From assembly GCA_051294375.1 (NCBI GenBank), contig CM119266.1:24813653-24877652 (forward strand): DNA of 64,000 bases, written 5' to 3'. The notes under the pieces are model-generated. The model ran no database searches and was not told the DNA's origin. It saw only the letters and a program-made list of their open reading frames with translations. The stretch's first letter is position 1, and every line of letters starts with the position of its first letter. Below, one piece after another: positions 1 to 14,653 of this stretch. The DNA comes from Paraspadella gotoi (lineage: Eukaryota > Animalia > Chaetognatha). Position numbers and translations under genes: made by a program.

Positions 1-496
1 TAAAAAAAAAGATTCCAACAATAGTGTTTCTTGGTTATTTTTCGTTCGTTATTAAATAGCTTTTTGAATTCATGATTTTGAGATATAAGTATATTGAAAT
101 TTGAAACTGCAAATCTGTAGGGAATCTTTTATTTTTAGCCCCGGTATTTTTTACCGCAATATGGACAACTAAAACCTGAACTGCAACGATTACTCTCTTT
201 ATATTGCCTAACACGTTTCGCTATATTCTTCATACAGGTATAGTTCCCGAAACTAAGTGTCCCAAGTCCAGGGATGAAATAAATTTCCTATTTTTACGTC
301 CAATGAGCTTATATTTTAATATAGAATAGTCTAAACGTAGGTCTATTGCCCACTGGGTTCAATTTTAAAATCGGAATATTCTAAACCACTTAAAAATAGA
401 CCCAAATACACTCTACGCTTCGGAAACCGTATATTATAAGCAGGGTTGAGATTAGGACAGACAAAAGACAGATGAGGAACAATAGGGAGAGGGAGA

Positions 497-539
<43 letters not shown>

Positions 540-692
540 GGATGTCAGAAAAAAAGTGTGTGTTTCGTAGCCGACGAGCAGCGTAAGACGTCTCCACGGG
601 AAACAGAAAGAAAGATGATAGGCGCCACTATCGAAGCGTCAAAGGTCACGACGAAGAAGCCGCAGAATGAACTGTGGAAACGAGAAGGCGAT

Positions 693-757
693 GGGCGTTG
701 CCGAGCTGGTTGGGACGTTGAGATTTGGCGAAGTGGAAGTCGGGTTCGATCCCTGCT
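693..757 (+). mobile_element. Degenerate tRNA-like (Pol III A/B box) SINE head; second copy at ~10648-10720
   Basis: A-box-like TTGCCGAGCTGG and B-box GGTTCGATCCC (743-753) at tRNA-like spacing. I could not build a clean cloverleaf. Confidence 0.3.
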
Positions 758-2306
758 CTTTTTAGAGAGAGGTTTTTCTTTTTTTTTTTTCTTTTTTTAA
801 GAGGAAGACTTCTAAAACTTCCTACGTGAAAAGCTTTTTGAGATTAGTGATTTAGGTGATTCTTTATTGAACGCTTTTTCATTTACTCACATCCCAGCAA
901 AGTTAAACATGACTCTATCAGAAAAGCTCGCATTACGTCTTTCCGCCCGGCCAATAACAACGACAACGGAAAACAACACGAAACTCATCTTCTTTGAGAT
1001 TTAGCGGCCGATTGTTTCGCACCTTCGATTCATTGATAACTTTTCCCATCGTTCACCCCCGCTCTACGTGGCGTTCCCCGTCTTCGGAGGAAGACGACGA
1101 CGACGGACGCACGCAGAGTATCATTGATCATATGGTTTACTCCCAACCACCGGCAGATGTTCATTCGTCGAGCGGCGCCCGCGCCTTCGGCGTATATTTC
1201 GCACGAGACGCTTGAGCGTCGGCGACGACAACGAGACGAATTAAACCGCGACGATGACGAAGACGATGAATCTCGTCGTCGTTGTTGGGTCTCGTGTCGT
1301 TCATGACAGGAGTCCATCTCTCTACTCTTTTTTTTTTTCTTTGTTGCAGATGAAGGAGAGAGAGAGAAAGATGAGAGAGAAGAGAGAGCATGAGAGAGAG
1401 AGGAAGACGAGAGAGAGAGAGAGAGGAGAGAGAGAGAGGAGGAGAGGATTTTTGGGGATGAAATTGTTATCCGTATGTAAAAAATGAGTTAAGGTAGTGT
1501 AATAAAGGACGGGTCGCTCCTCGATCCTCGATTGGCGGCCCGGGGAAGACGAGCCTTTGATCGATCGATCGATCTCGATGGGAGAAAATGTTAAATGAAT
1601 TCAATGACTTAGCGTTCGTCTTCCATTGTCGTCGTTCGTCGTAAAGGAGAAAAAACAAAAGGAGCGATGAATGTGACGTTTGGGTCGAGCAGGAGAAGAG
1701 GAAAGAGGAAGATGAGAAAGCGGGATGGAAAGAGGAGACGGAGAGGGAAGAATGGGAGGAGGAGAAGACGAGGGAGAAGGGGAAGGAATGAAGGGTGGTT
1801 GAAAAGGAAGGAAGGAAGGAAGAAGGGAGAAGGAAGGAAGGAAGGGAAGGAAGGAAGGGAAGGAATGTCGATATGAAGAAAATAGAGAGGAAGAAAGAAA
1901 GAAAGAAAAAGAAGAAAGACAGACAGACAGACAAGACAGACAGCACAGACAGACAGACAGACAGACAGAAATTAGCAGAACTTAAAAACTTACGATGTTC
2001 ACTATCAAAAAAAAACCGAGAAAAAAAATTTCAGCAATATTTTTGTCTCGGCGACGTACAGATGTCACCGCAAAAAAAAATCGTCGACATAATCGACATA
2101 AGGTCAAGAATTTGGAGAACGTCAAATTCAACTGGGAGATCGATGGCGACGCAAAGATTCCAAGCAAAGTTCAGAAGAAAGGGCCTTGGAACTTTGGGCG
2201 CAGGAAGTAGCTTAAGTCAACTCAAAGAGATTAAACTTCGATCATTTCTCAACCCATTTTACGACGTATTAATTATTTTTTTGCGAATCAGGCATAAACA
2301 TTTCTT

Positions 2307-2598
2307 TATGAAATTTGGTTTACAACCAACATTAAAAATAATCCATCGTTCGATACATAAGCTACCATGCCCTCCGATTTTGGACAGCGCATGGTGGGTG
2401 AAAGCATCCATAACTAACAAAATAAACGAGACTGTGAGAGGCAGTTCTTGACTTGAAGCTTGCAGGACTGCTATGTCATTATCTTGTAAGAGTGATTGGA
2501 GCCCTATTAAACCACCAAGCCTGTCACAAAGTCATGGGCCAAGATAGCTATTTATTAATGATATGGATAACTTTTATATTGGTTGTACCAATTTCATA
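2307..2598. mobile_element. MITE (~285 bp) with long imperfect TIRs, copy in duplicated unit 1
   Basis: Begins TATGAAAT, ends ATTTCATA. Indel-noisy copy of the element at 12474-12756. Confidence 0.7.
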
Positions 2599-3779
2599 CC
2601 AATTACACTAGGAGCTTTCAATCGAGACTAACATGAAGATTTACTGGGTTACGGTAGGACTCCCGAGCACTGGCTGACATTACCAAAAAAAAGGCGTGAA
2701 CAAACAGTTTCATTAATTCACAAAAAAAAAATAAGAGAATGACTTTCTTTTGAACCGGGAAATTGTACGGCGATAGCAAAGTTAGATTTTTTTTTTTTTC
2801 GACTCATATTTTTCTTTACACTTTGAATATTAAAACCGAAAACACAGCCTCCCGTCACTCGAAAACGCCATTAGAAACCTTTCCGGACGCCAAGTTCCCC
2901 GTTCCACGATTCAACAAAAATTAAAAGAAAATCAAGAATTTTTTTTTTATCTCAATTTCTCTCTGATCAAAAATTCCAAATCTCTCCCCCCCGCCCCCCC
3001 AAATGAAAAAAATGGTTGTCCGGAATATTCTCGACCCCGAGCGTCTCGATGCGATGATTATCCTTCGGGGCAGAGTTTAGACTCCTTCCTTTGCATTTTT
3101 CAAGCGGACCGACGAGAGACGTTTGGGCGCGTGCCGTCGGCGGGCGACGGTTAATGTGTCGGCGAGTGTGGTGTAAGTGTCGGCGAATGTCGGCTGAGTG
3201 TCGACATGTCGGGCAAACGTCGGGCTGGCACCTCGTTACTTCGGAAGATCAAAAGACCTAAATAAGCTGCAATGTATACGGTTTGAATTATATATACTTT
3301 ATTAGGATATAAATATTATACATTCGATACGTTTAACCCCAAAATATCCTCCGGTTACTAATTATCGAAACATTAAAACTCCTAAAATACTAGTAGGGAC
3401 CCATTGAATTATGCAATTTTCTGTCTCATGATTTAAGATTATGCTTTACTCTCCTCATCTCATGGTATCAAATTCTTTCCCCGACCCACGAAAACGTATT
3501 AGGAGATGCTCCAACGATGACGAGCAACGACGACGACAACGACGACGACAACGACGACGATGCCATCTATTTTTTTTCGGATGGAAAATTCAATTGTTTC
3601 TCTTTTTTTTTCTTTTTTTTTTTATTTCGTGAAAGATCCGGCGTCTTCGTTTCTCTTTCATTCCTTCTCTAACTCAAATTCGATTTTTCAAATCTCTCTT
3701 CATTCTTCTTCTCTGCTATTTTTTTCTAATTTATTTTCTTTTCTTTTTACTTACAGGCGATTTCGCTAATCCTCTCTCC

Positions 3780-3831
<52 letters not shown>

Positions 3832-3857
3832 TNNNNNNNNNNNNNNNNNNNNNNNNN

Positions 3858-4143
3858 CTTTTTTAAGAGAAGACTCTAACTCCTACGTGGAAAAGCTTTT
3901 GAGATTAGTGATTAGTGATTCTTTATTGACGCTTTTTCATTTAACTCACATCCACAGCAAAGTAAACATGACTCTATCAGAAAAGCTCGATTACGCTTCC
4001 GCCCGGCAATAACAACGACAACGGAAAAACCACGAAACTCATCTTCTTTGAGATTAGCGGCCGATTTGTTTTCGACTTCGATTCATGATAACTTTTCCCA
4101 TCGTCCCCCCCCGCTCTACGTTGGCGTCCCCGTTTCGGAGGAA

Positions 4144-4180
<37 letters not shown>

Positions 4181-4410
4181 GTATCATTGATCATATGTTT
4201 ACTCCCAACCACCGGCAGATGTCATCGTCGAGGGCGCCCGCGCCCTTCGGCGATATATTCGCACGAGACGCTTGAGCGTCGGCGACGACAACGACGAATA
4301 ACCAGCGACGATGACGAAGACGATGATCATCGTCGTCGTTGTTGTCTTCGTTGTCGTCATGACAGATCCATCTCTCTCTCTTTTTTTTTTCTTATGTTGT
4401 CAGATGAGCG
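3858..4410 (+). repeat. Additional partial copy of 795-1350 immediately after a 25-N gap
   Basis: 'cttttttaagagaagactctaactcctacgtg...gacagatccatctctctc' is collinear with 795-1350, with a longer (GAC)n run; it then diverges. Confidence 0.85.
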
Positions 4411-4449
4411 ATTAAGGGGACCCGAGAGATCGGATAGCGTCGCGGCGAC

Positions 4450-4480
<31 letters not shown>

Positions 4481-4622
4481 TACGTTGACGCGTTTGACAC
4501 TGGAGATAAACACGCCATAACTGGATTTGTCTGTATCTGCTAATGCCATCCTTTTCACTCCCTCTCTTTTTCACTCTGCACTCCACTCCCTCGCTACACC
4601 GCTAACTCTCTCTCTTCCTCTC

Positions 4623-4667
<45 letters not shown>

Positions 4668-7467
4668 CTCCTCTCTCTCTCTCTCTCTCCTCTCTCTCTT
4701 TATTCCCGAATTAGCCGGGCGGGGGGGCCGAAAAAGCGCGCATACTTACGGCCAATCAAACCGGGGATAATGGATTTTAGATAAGAGCCCGAGAAAGGGC
4801 CACGCGCGAAGTTGTGGTGGAGGCGTAAGTGGCCGGCGCACCGGGGGGGCGGAGGAAAAGTTATTCTTAAGTAATAAGGCGGTGAAGACTTTAGACTTGC
4901 TGTAGAGGTTAAAAACACAGAATAAGAGCGATGGAAGAAGCTGTGTCAAAATAAGAAAACATTTTATGTATTTTATGAAAAATTTTAATTGTAAATACAG
5001 GCCCCTTCTTGTTTCCCTACAACTGATTCAATTATCGTGGGTTGAGAACTAACCTTTCTACACCTCACTTAGCGCTATCTTAAACTTTCTCTATTCATCA
5101 ACTGAATTGTTATCGCCCATTTACCAAGTTGTTTCGTAACTGGCATTGCCGTCTAAAGCGCTTTTATTGTTTTCGCGTACGCAATAATGTTTTCGACTAC
5201 ATTATTTTTTGATATTTACTACTTTTTCACTTTTAAAGTCTGTTGGAAAGATTATTTAACGATTGTCAAACTTTTGTCATTCAATTCTCTGTTGAGGATG
5301 GAGTTTGAGATAAATGATGCAATGACTCAAAACGTACCTTCTATTGTTGATCTCAAGATTTGTGACTTAGAAGGTACTAACCAATTGGTTTGTGCATTGC
5401 ATCGTATGCAGTATATGATGTATTTTCTCGAAACGTTACATTACAGATACTGCATTTAATCTAGTCAATGTTTTATTTATGTTTATCTATTGATTTACGT
5501 ACAATGTAGGGGTCTCAATTCTTCGACTTGGATCGAGTGAGATTCGACCCTTACCTAAACTGACGAATACTTTATACTACGATATTTTGTATTCTCAAAC
5601 CTTAAAAAAAGAAAATCATTTATACGTTTACAGCGCTCGTTACATTGCTAATTGCTCGCCACTTTTTTAAACACAAATATATAGTTATATACGTAAACCT
5701 TTTGAAAACGCGCCCGCTTAAGGCCGGAATCATTCAAACAAAATTGCCATAAAGCTTTATACAAATATTTTTTATGTAAAAGAGTATATTTCCTTCGTGT
5801 TCAAATAAAAAAATCAAATTTGATGAAGGTAGGCTTCAAGAGCCACCCAAAAATCGAGGCAATTTTTTATCGGTAAACCCTTAAAAAACTTATTCAAAGA
5901 CGCGTAAGTATTTTAAAAGCGAATTTTAATTCTTTTTATTCAATTAACAATCAGCCTACCTCAGTTGTAATACTGATACCTAAAGCCTAGTCATTTCTTT
6001 TATGATTGTTAATTGGATCAATTAAGGATGGAAAATAAAAGTTTATGTTAGGAGAGTGCAGAATACATATTTTAATAGTATCGCCTAATACCATTTTTTA
6101 CTAAAAGAAGTTATTCAAAAATTGTACAATTTTTAAAAGTCAAAGAAAATCGTTCTCCATTGGGCATCGAAATCGGTATCCCTCATGAAATAGAAACACT
6201 ATTGGTGCCATACGATGGTCACTGATTCCACTCCGCATGCGACAACGTTACTTGCCTCCTCTTGCCAATTTAGTTTTTCTGTTCCACCATTCAAAACTGG
6301 CTTTAAGCACCTTGACCGTTTGCCCACAGATGTAAAAATAAGTAAACCCCCTGCAGCATTCACTCCTCTAGTTCACCCATCCGTGTTTTGTTGTCACAGC
6401 ACTTTTTTTTAAAATTTTTTGAAAAAAAAATTTAAAAAATTGGATAACAACTTCATGAAACGGTTTAAAGCCATCATTTAAACTAGAAATGAAATAGCAT
6501 TTGTACAAAAGCATGTCGATTTTAGAGTTCTCTGCTCGACTTCTCAGTTTACTTTAAATCTACAGGAAAAGAAAATAAAAAATAAAAATAAATAAACAAA
6601 AAGATGTTGGAGCGAAACTGTTTGAAAAAAAAATACTAAAATTATGTTTTCCGTTAGTATTGGAAATGCTGGGAGAAATTCTATGAGAGGGATTTTTGAA
6701 AATGTTATTCGTTTTTCAAGATACTTTAAGTTTTAACGCCAAAATTTTCATTATTCTTTTTTTTTTCTATGAAGAAAAGTGAATTTGCGAAAATCCCTCT
6801 CATTAGAATTGGTGAACCTTCACTCAAGTAAAATATGTTTCACGCGAATTTCTATTGCAAAATCTGCTTCGCCGTTCTGCGGCGGGTGCAAGTCGTTCCG
6901 ATAGGTTTTCGTTATTTATATAGTATATAAAAATTCGAAAAAACACCAACGGTTTTGAAAAAATTATAAAGTGAATACATTTTCGAATCGACTGGACCTC
7001 TACTTTCAAAATCAAGCTTTGTGTTACCCTATTTAACTATTTGTCTGTGAAGAGTTTGATCCCAGGCCTTAATCGTTAAAATTACGTGCATTCAGTTTAC
7101 AACAGTTTCTACGTCTTAGCTCCAGCAGCTCCTACAGATAATTTTATCAATCAAAAAAAAAATCTGAGCCTGATTATTGCGTTGGATGTAGTCGGCCTGG
7201 ACGAGGACGCCTCACCTCCCTATGAATGCATGACATTTGAAATAATATTAAATGTCCCAATCTCCTCGACTTCAAAAAATTCAGCCGGCTGCGACCGGTG
7301 TTGATTGATATGAGATAAACGGTTTGTTTATCATTACATAGTACCAATTCGGGTGTAGAAAACTTTGCATTTCGCATTAGGACTGACCACTGGTCAATGT
7401 TTGTATGACCATTGTGATTACTACCTGAACCCATGTCGCATTGAACCCGATGTTTACTACATAATAT

Positions 7468-7567
<100 letters not shown>

Positions 7568-9496
7568 ACGCTTTTCTTCATCGTTACCTGCGGTCGTTCC
7601 TGTCAACATCGACAGAAAGTCGATTTGAAAAACGGGGCGCCCTCGTATCTCTGGCCGGATAGCGGAATTGAGCGGTGCCCGCGTGCCCGGCGGAGCACCC
7701 GGCATGTGCGCGCGGGTCGCAGGAACCACCTTGCGCATCCGAATTCCCGGACGCGCCTCATTTATTTTATTAACTCAAACGGATTCGAGTGTTTAGAGAA
7801 CTTTTTACAGCGGAGCTTCTCTTTTATCGCGAACCTAGCTCTTTAAATAACTGTTTATTTTGTCATTTTATAACCTAATTATTTTTCAAAGTCAAATATA
7901 AAAACTAGAATGAACTGAACCGTTATTTTTTGCTATGAAGGAACCCGGGTAGTATTAATGAAGAGAAAATAAAGAAACAGAGGAAAGAGAGAGAGAGAGA
8001 GAGGAGAGAGAGAGAAGACCGAGAGAGAGAGAGAGAGAGAGGAGAGAGTCGTCGCAAATTAGGAATATGAAAATGGTTGTTGTGGATTTTAAGGTAGGAA
8101 GGGCAGTATTATCCATTTAAGTTTTTCTGTGCTCTCGTTTGGGTACTTTTGAAAAAAAAAGGCGAAAAAAGATTTTTGAAAGAAATTAATAAAAGAAAAA
8201 AGAAATTTAAAAAAAGCGATGATAGAAGATAGAAATTGCCAAAAAAAAAAAAAAAATTAAAATAAGCGAGATAGAAAGATAGAATGAAAAGAGAAAGAGC
8301 GGAAAACGAAAAAGCCCCCCAAAAAACTAACTATAGTTAAAAAATCCAAACTACCATAAAGTTCTATGAAAATAAATTAAATTGGACGAGAAGGAAAAGA
8401 AAAAAAAGAAAAAAAAACCCAACCTGCCAACAGTTATCGCGTATTAAACGTATCATTAAACATCGAATTAGTTCTTCTTTTAAAAAAAAAAAAAAAATAC
8501 AAAAAAAAAAGAATTCAATTTTAATACGTCACTGTGATGAATTCTCCATTGGACATAAACCATTTTCAAGACTCCATCTCTCTTCGCCCTCAACAAACCA
8601 ACTCCCAACCATTTGCCCAGTGGGCCGTGGCCAGTGGGCCAGTGGGCCAGATGGCCACTTCTCTCTTCCCCAAATCTCTCGTTCTCTAGATTTCTCATCG
8701 CTTTTCAATTCATCCAACTTTTAAATAACTAATACGAGTTTAACGGGCCGATCGAGTACCCGGCCAATTGACACCAATTAAACCTCAGATTTCATTGTTT
8801 TGTTCTGCGGCGTGAGGAATTTAAAAAAAACTATGCTTAAACTTCTTCATGAAGATTTCCTAAAAGAATAGTTTTGGTGCCCAGGTGAAATTGTTGAGCG
8901 GGTTTATTTGAATTTTGTATGTTTTGTGATACTACGATTACCAAAAAACGCTTTTAATTATATTCTTAAATAAAATCTGAGAACCATAACGTCGGCGAGA
9001 TTGATAAGGGATGGCGTGGTTTTTCTGTAAAAATATAAATGAAATCGAACAGGTTAGGAGTAACATTAGTTCAACAAAACAGTTAATACAATTAAAGAAT
9101 TTAGGACTTTAATTTTAATAATTTAAACAATATTGCCATAAGATTTGATTCTTCAAAAACTGTTTCACAAAAGGATACTTTTCAAGTTCAGAAATAAATT
9201 TTTTAACTCTTGGATTTTAAGCATAATGATAAATATAGAAAAATACTGATAAAGTTTCCGATCATAAATGCATATGATAAAAAAAGTTTTGTTAAAAAAA
9301 AAAAGAGAAAGTTTCCGGCGGTCGACGTCGGCTAATCCTGTCGTCTAATTTTCGGAACAAGGGTATTAACGTTAAAGGGTTTTAAAAGGTCGCGGGTCGG
9401 AGGTGTCGACTCAAAATCTATCTCATTTTCGATTCTCTTTCTCGTCTCCTCTCTCTCTCTCCTCTTCTTCTCTGCTCTTCTCTCTCTCTCTCTCTA

Positions 9497-9538
<42 letters not shown>

Positions 9539-12473
9539 CTTCCAAGTCTTGTTTCTTTCGTTGTTTCTCTGTCGCCTCCACGACAAACGGATTAACGTCA
9601 AAAGCGGGAATCAAAGGAATAGTCGTTTCTTCTCCTCAAAAAAAATATTCGACATGATTTCGTTCTTTAAACTCGTCGTCGTCGTCGTCTCGTCGTCGTC
9701 GTTTCGTCATTCGTCGTCGTTGATGATGGGGTTCATTGATGATTGATTATGATACGGTTCGTCGGACGTTTTATAACGGATTAAACTATCTCTTTAAATA
9801 GGTTTATTTTAAAAAGGCCGGGTGAAGTTTAAATTTGGTTTAATATGGTCTTAAAAAAAAAAAAATATTCCAAACAATAGTGTTTCTTGGTTATTTTTTC
9901 GCTTCGTTATTAAATTAGCTTTTTTGAATTCATGATTTTGAGATATAAGTATATTGAAATTTGAAACTGCAAATCTGTCAGGAAACTCTGTCTATTTTTA
10001 GCCCCGCGGTATTTTACGCAATATGGACAACTAAACCTGAAACTGCATACGAGTTCACTCGTCTTTATATTGCCTAACAAACGGTCGCTATATGCTTTTC
10101 CATACAGAGTCTATAGTTCCCGAAACTAAGTGTCCCAAGTCCATGGGATGAAATAAATTTCCTATTTTTACGTCCAATGAGCTTATATTTTATATAGAAC
10201 TAGCTTAAACGTAGGTCTTATTTTGCCATGGGTTTCATATTTTTAAAATCGGAATATTCTAAACCACTTAAAAAATAGACCCAAATACACTCTACGCTTC
10301 GGAAACCGTTATATTAGATAAGCAGGGTTTGAGATTTAGGACAGACAAAATACACGAATGAGGGAACAAATAGTGAGAGGGAGGAGAGAGAAAGAGGAGA
10401 GAGAAAGAAGAGAGAGAGAGAGGAGAGATGGAGACGAGAGAGAGCATAGAGAGAGAGAGAGAGAGAAGAGAGAGGAGAGAGAGAGAGAGGGATGTCAGAA
10501 AAAAGTGTGTGTTTTCGTAGCCGAACGAGCAGCGTTAAGACGTTCTCCACGGGAAAAGAAAGAAGATGATAGGCGCCACTATCGAAACAAGCGTCAAAGG
10601 TTCACGACGAAGAAGCCGCAGAATTGAACTGTGGAAACGAGAAGGCGAGGCGTTTGCCGAGCTGGGTTGGGACGTTTTGAGATTTGGCGAAGGTTAAGTT
10701 CGGGGTTTCGATCCCTTGCTTTTTTAGAGAGAGGTTTTTCTTTTTTTTTTTTCTTTTTTTAAGAGGAAGACTTCTAAAACTTCCTACGTGAAAAGCTTTT
10801 TGAGATTAGTGATTTAGGTGATTCTTTATTGAACGCTTTTTCATTTACTCACATCCCAGCAAAGTTAAACATGACTCTATCAGAAAAGCTCGCATTACGT
10901 CTTTCCGCCCGGCCAATAACAACGACAACGGAAAACAACACGAAACTCATCTTCTTTGAGATTTAGCGGCCGATTGTTTCGCACCTTCGATTCATTGATA
11001 ACTTTTCCCATCGTTCACCCCCGCTCTACGTGGCGTTCCCCGTCTTCGGAGGAAGACGACGACGACGGACGCACGCAGAGTATCATTGATCATATGGTTT
11101 ACTCCCAACCACCGGCAGATGTTCATTCGTCGAGCGGCGCCCGCGCCTTCGGCGTATATTTCGCACGAGACGCTTGAGCGTCGGCGACGACAACGAGACG
11201 AATTAAACCGCGACGATGACGAAGACGATGAATCTCGTCGTCGTTGTTGGGTCTCGTGTCGTTCATGACAGGAGTCCATCTCTCTACTCTTTTTTTTTTT
11301 CTTTGTTGCAGATGAAGGAGAGATCGCGAGAAAGATTGAGAGAGAAGAGAGAGAAGAGAGAGACGAGAGAGAGAGAGAGAGGAGAGAGAGAGAGNNNNNN
11401 NNNNNNNNNNNNNNNNNNNAGGAGAGGATTTTTGGGATGAAATGTTATCCGATGTAAAATGAGTTAAGGTAGTGTAATAAAGGACGGTCGCTCCTCGATC
11501 CTCGATGGCGGCCCGGGGAAGACGAGCCTTGATCGATCGATCGATCTCGATGGGAGAAATGTTAAATGATTAATGACTAGCGTCGTCGTCATTGTCGTCG
11601 TCGTCGTTAAGGAGAAAAACAAAAGGGGCGATGATAGTGACGTTTGGGTCGAGAGGAGGAAGAGGAAGAGGAAGAGAGAAAAGCGGGAGGAAAGAGGGAG
11701 AGGGAGGAAGACGCAGCCTTGATCGACTCGATCAGATATGATTCGATGGAAATGTTTAAATGATTAATGACTAGCGTCGTCGTCATTGTCGTCGTCGTCG
11801 TTAAGGAGAAAAAACAAAAGGGGCGATGATAGTGACGTTTGGTGAGCAGAGGAAGAGGAAAGAGGAAGAGAGAAAAGCGGGATGGAAAGAGGAGAGGAGA
11901 GGGAAGAATGGGAGGAGGAGAAGATACGAGGGAGAAGGGGAAGGAATGAAGCGGTTTGGTTGAAAAGGAAGGAAGGAAGGAAGGAAGGAGAGGAAGGAAG
12001 GAAGGAAGGAAGGAAGGGAAGGAATGGCGATATGAAGAAATAGAGAGGAAGAAAGAAAGAAAGAAAAGAAGAAAGACAGACAGACAGACAAGACAGACAG
12101 CACAGACAGACAGACAGACAGACAGAAATTAGAGAACTTAAAAACTTACGATGNNNNNNNNNNNNNNNNNNNNNNNNNTCACTATCAAAAAAAAAACCAA
12201 GAAAAAAAATTCAGCAAATTTTTGTCTCGGCGACGAAGATGTCACGAAAAAAAAATCGTCGACATAATCGACAAAGGTCAAGAATTTGGAGACGTCAATT
12301 CAACTGGAGATCGATTGGCGACGCAAAAGATTCCAAGCAAAGTTCAGAGAAAGGGCCTTTGGAACTGTGGGCGCAGGAAGGAGCTTAGTCAACTCAAAGA
12401 GATTAAACTTCGATCATTTCTCAACCCATTTACGACGTATTAATTATTTTGCGAATCAGGCATAACATTTCTT

Positions 12474-12756
12474 TATGAAATGGTTACAACCAACATAAAA
12501 ATAATCCAATCGTTCGATACATAAGCTACCATGCCCCCGATTTTGGACAGCGTATGGTGGGTGAAAGCATCCATACTAACAAAATAAACGAGACTGTGAG
12601 AGAGTCTTGATTGAAAGCTTGCAGGGACCTGCTATGTCATTATCTTGTAAGAGTGATGGAGGCCTTAAACCACCAAAGCCTGTCCAAAGTCAGGGGCAAG
12701 ATAGCTTATTTATTAAATGAATGGATAATTTTTATATTGGTTGTACCAATTTCATA
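12474..12756. mobile_element. Non-autonomous DNA transposon (MITE), 283 bp, ~85-bp imperfect TIRs
   Basis: The left end TATGAAATGGTTACAACCAACATAAAAATAATCCA...AAGCTACCATGCCCCCGATTTTGGACAG aligns to the reverse complement of the right end, TATGAAATTGGTACAACCAATATAAAAATTATCCA...AAGCTATCTTGCCCCTGACTTTGGACAG. No credible protein. Terminal TA is compatible with a TA target site (inference). Confidence 0.75.
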
Positions 12757-13881
12757 CCAATTACATAGGAGCTTTCAATCGAGACTAACATGAAGATTTA
12801 CTGGGTACGGTAGACTCCCGAAGCACCTGGCTGACATACCAAAAAAAAAGGCGGTTGAACAAACAGTTTCATTAATTCACAAAAAAATAAGAATGACTTC
12901 TTGAACCGGGAATTGTACGCGATAGAAAAGTAGATTTTTTTTTTTTCGACTCATAATTTTCTTTACACTTTGAATATAAACCGAAACCACAGCCTCCCTC
13001 AGCTCGAAAAACGGCCAAGTTAGAAACCTTTTCCGGGACGCAAGTTCCCCGTCACGATTCCAACAAAAATAAAAGAAAAATCAAGAATTTTTTTTTTTAT
13101 CTCAATTTCTCTCTGATCAAAATTCAAAATCTCTCCCCCCCCGCCCCCCCCAAATGAAAAAAATGGTTGTCGGAAAATTCCGACCCCGAGGGTCTCGATG
13201 CGATGATTATCCTTCGGGGCAGAGTTAGACTCCTTCCTTTCATTTTTCAAGCGGACCGACGAGAGACGTTTGGGCGGTGGTCGGCGGGCGACGGTAAGTG
13301 TCGGCGAGTGTGGGTAAGTGTCGGCGAATGTCGGTGAGTGTCGACATGTCGGCAAACGTCGGCGGCACCTCGTTACTCGGAAAGATCAAAAGACCTAAAT
13401 AAGCTGCAATGTATACGTTTGAATATATATATATCTATATAGATATAAATATATACATTCGACGTTACAAAATATCCTCGGTACTAATTTATCGAACATA
13501 AAACTCCTAAAATACAGTAGGGACCCATTGAATTATCATTTTACTGTCTCATGATTTAAGATTATGCTTTACTCTCCTGCATCTCAGGTATCAATTCTTT
13601 CCCCCGACCCACGAACGTATAGAGATGCTCCCAACGATGACGACAACGACGACGACAACGACGACGATGACGACGATGCCATCTATTTTTTTTCAGATGG
13701 AAAATTCAATTTTTTCTCTTTTTTTTTCTTTTTTTTTTTATTTCGTTGAAAGATCCGGCGTCTCGTTTCTCTTCATTCTCTTCTCTAACTCAAATTCGAT
13801 TTTCAAATCTCTCTCATTCTTCTTCTCTGCTTTTTTTTCTAATTTATTTTCTTTTTTTTAGGCTTACAGGCGATTTCGCTA

Positions 13882-13963
<82 letters not shown>

Positions 13964-14600
13964 TTCTCTTTTTTCCTTCCCTCTCTATCTGTCATGAGAG
14001 AAGAGAATGAGCGAAAAAATTCTTTACGGTCTGATTAACTCCATCAATCAACTTCCCCTTCAGACTTTTTTTTCTGCATCAAAAAGTAAAAAAAGAAAAC
14101 TACGACCGCTTTTGCGGCTTTGGTTATTGCAGACTTTGCGCCTTAAAGTTAGTGGACATTTTTCCGTTTGCTAGACCTTCCTTCCTTTCGCTTTTTAAAA
14201 TGTTTCCCTTCCAATTAGTTATGGTCTTAAAACGTCGCTAACCCTTTCTTTTTAATGTCAAATAAAGTAATGTATGTGATTTTATAGTCATTTACAGTCA
14301 TTTTACTTTGATAATAAACTTAAATTTGTAGAAAAAAACCCTTTAAATTCAATTTTATGTTTTCGTTTTATACTCATTGTTTCAGTTTCGTGAATCTCGT
14401 GTTCCCCACAAAACCAATGTAACTAATTTCACAGAAAAAAAAACTTGAAAACAAAGCTTTCGTCCAAAGTGAAACGCGGGTCAAAAGATTCTATTTTTAT
14501 CGCGTCACTAAAACGAACCAAACTTTGCGAAAAGACATAAAAAGAAAACAAATAGAATAAAATGAAGATGACAGCGAAAGTGCCTAAGAAAAAGAGAGAA

Positions 14601-14653
<53 letters not shown>

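Larger units (their letters stand above)
1..3832 (+). repeat. Copy 1 of a multi-kb duplicated unit (matches ~9851-13960)
   Basis: Collinear match to 9851 onward, starting at 'ttccaacaatagtgtttcttggttatttt'. About 781-1355 appears base-for-base identical to about 10741-11317; the rest differs mainly by small indels. Ends at a (TC)n tract followed by a 25-N gap. Confidence 0.9.

Noticed and set aside
693-757. Functional tRNA gene
   Set aside because: A/B boxes only; acceptor and anticodon stems do not pair, so it is kept as a low-confidence SINE-like head.
4920-7450. AT-rich, CpG-poorer stretch as a possible transposon remnant
   Set aside because: No termini, repeats or transposase/RT motifs recognisable by eye.
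12611-12793. Recurrent ORF MKACRDLL... (also 15571, 59847)
   Set aside because: Lies within the non-coding MITE, starts at TTG, and its frame is not conserved between copies.
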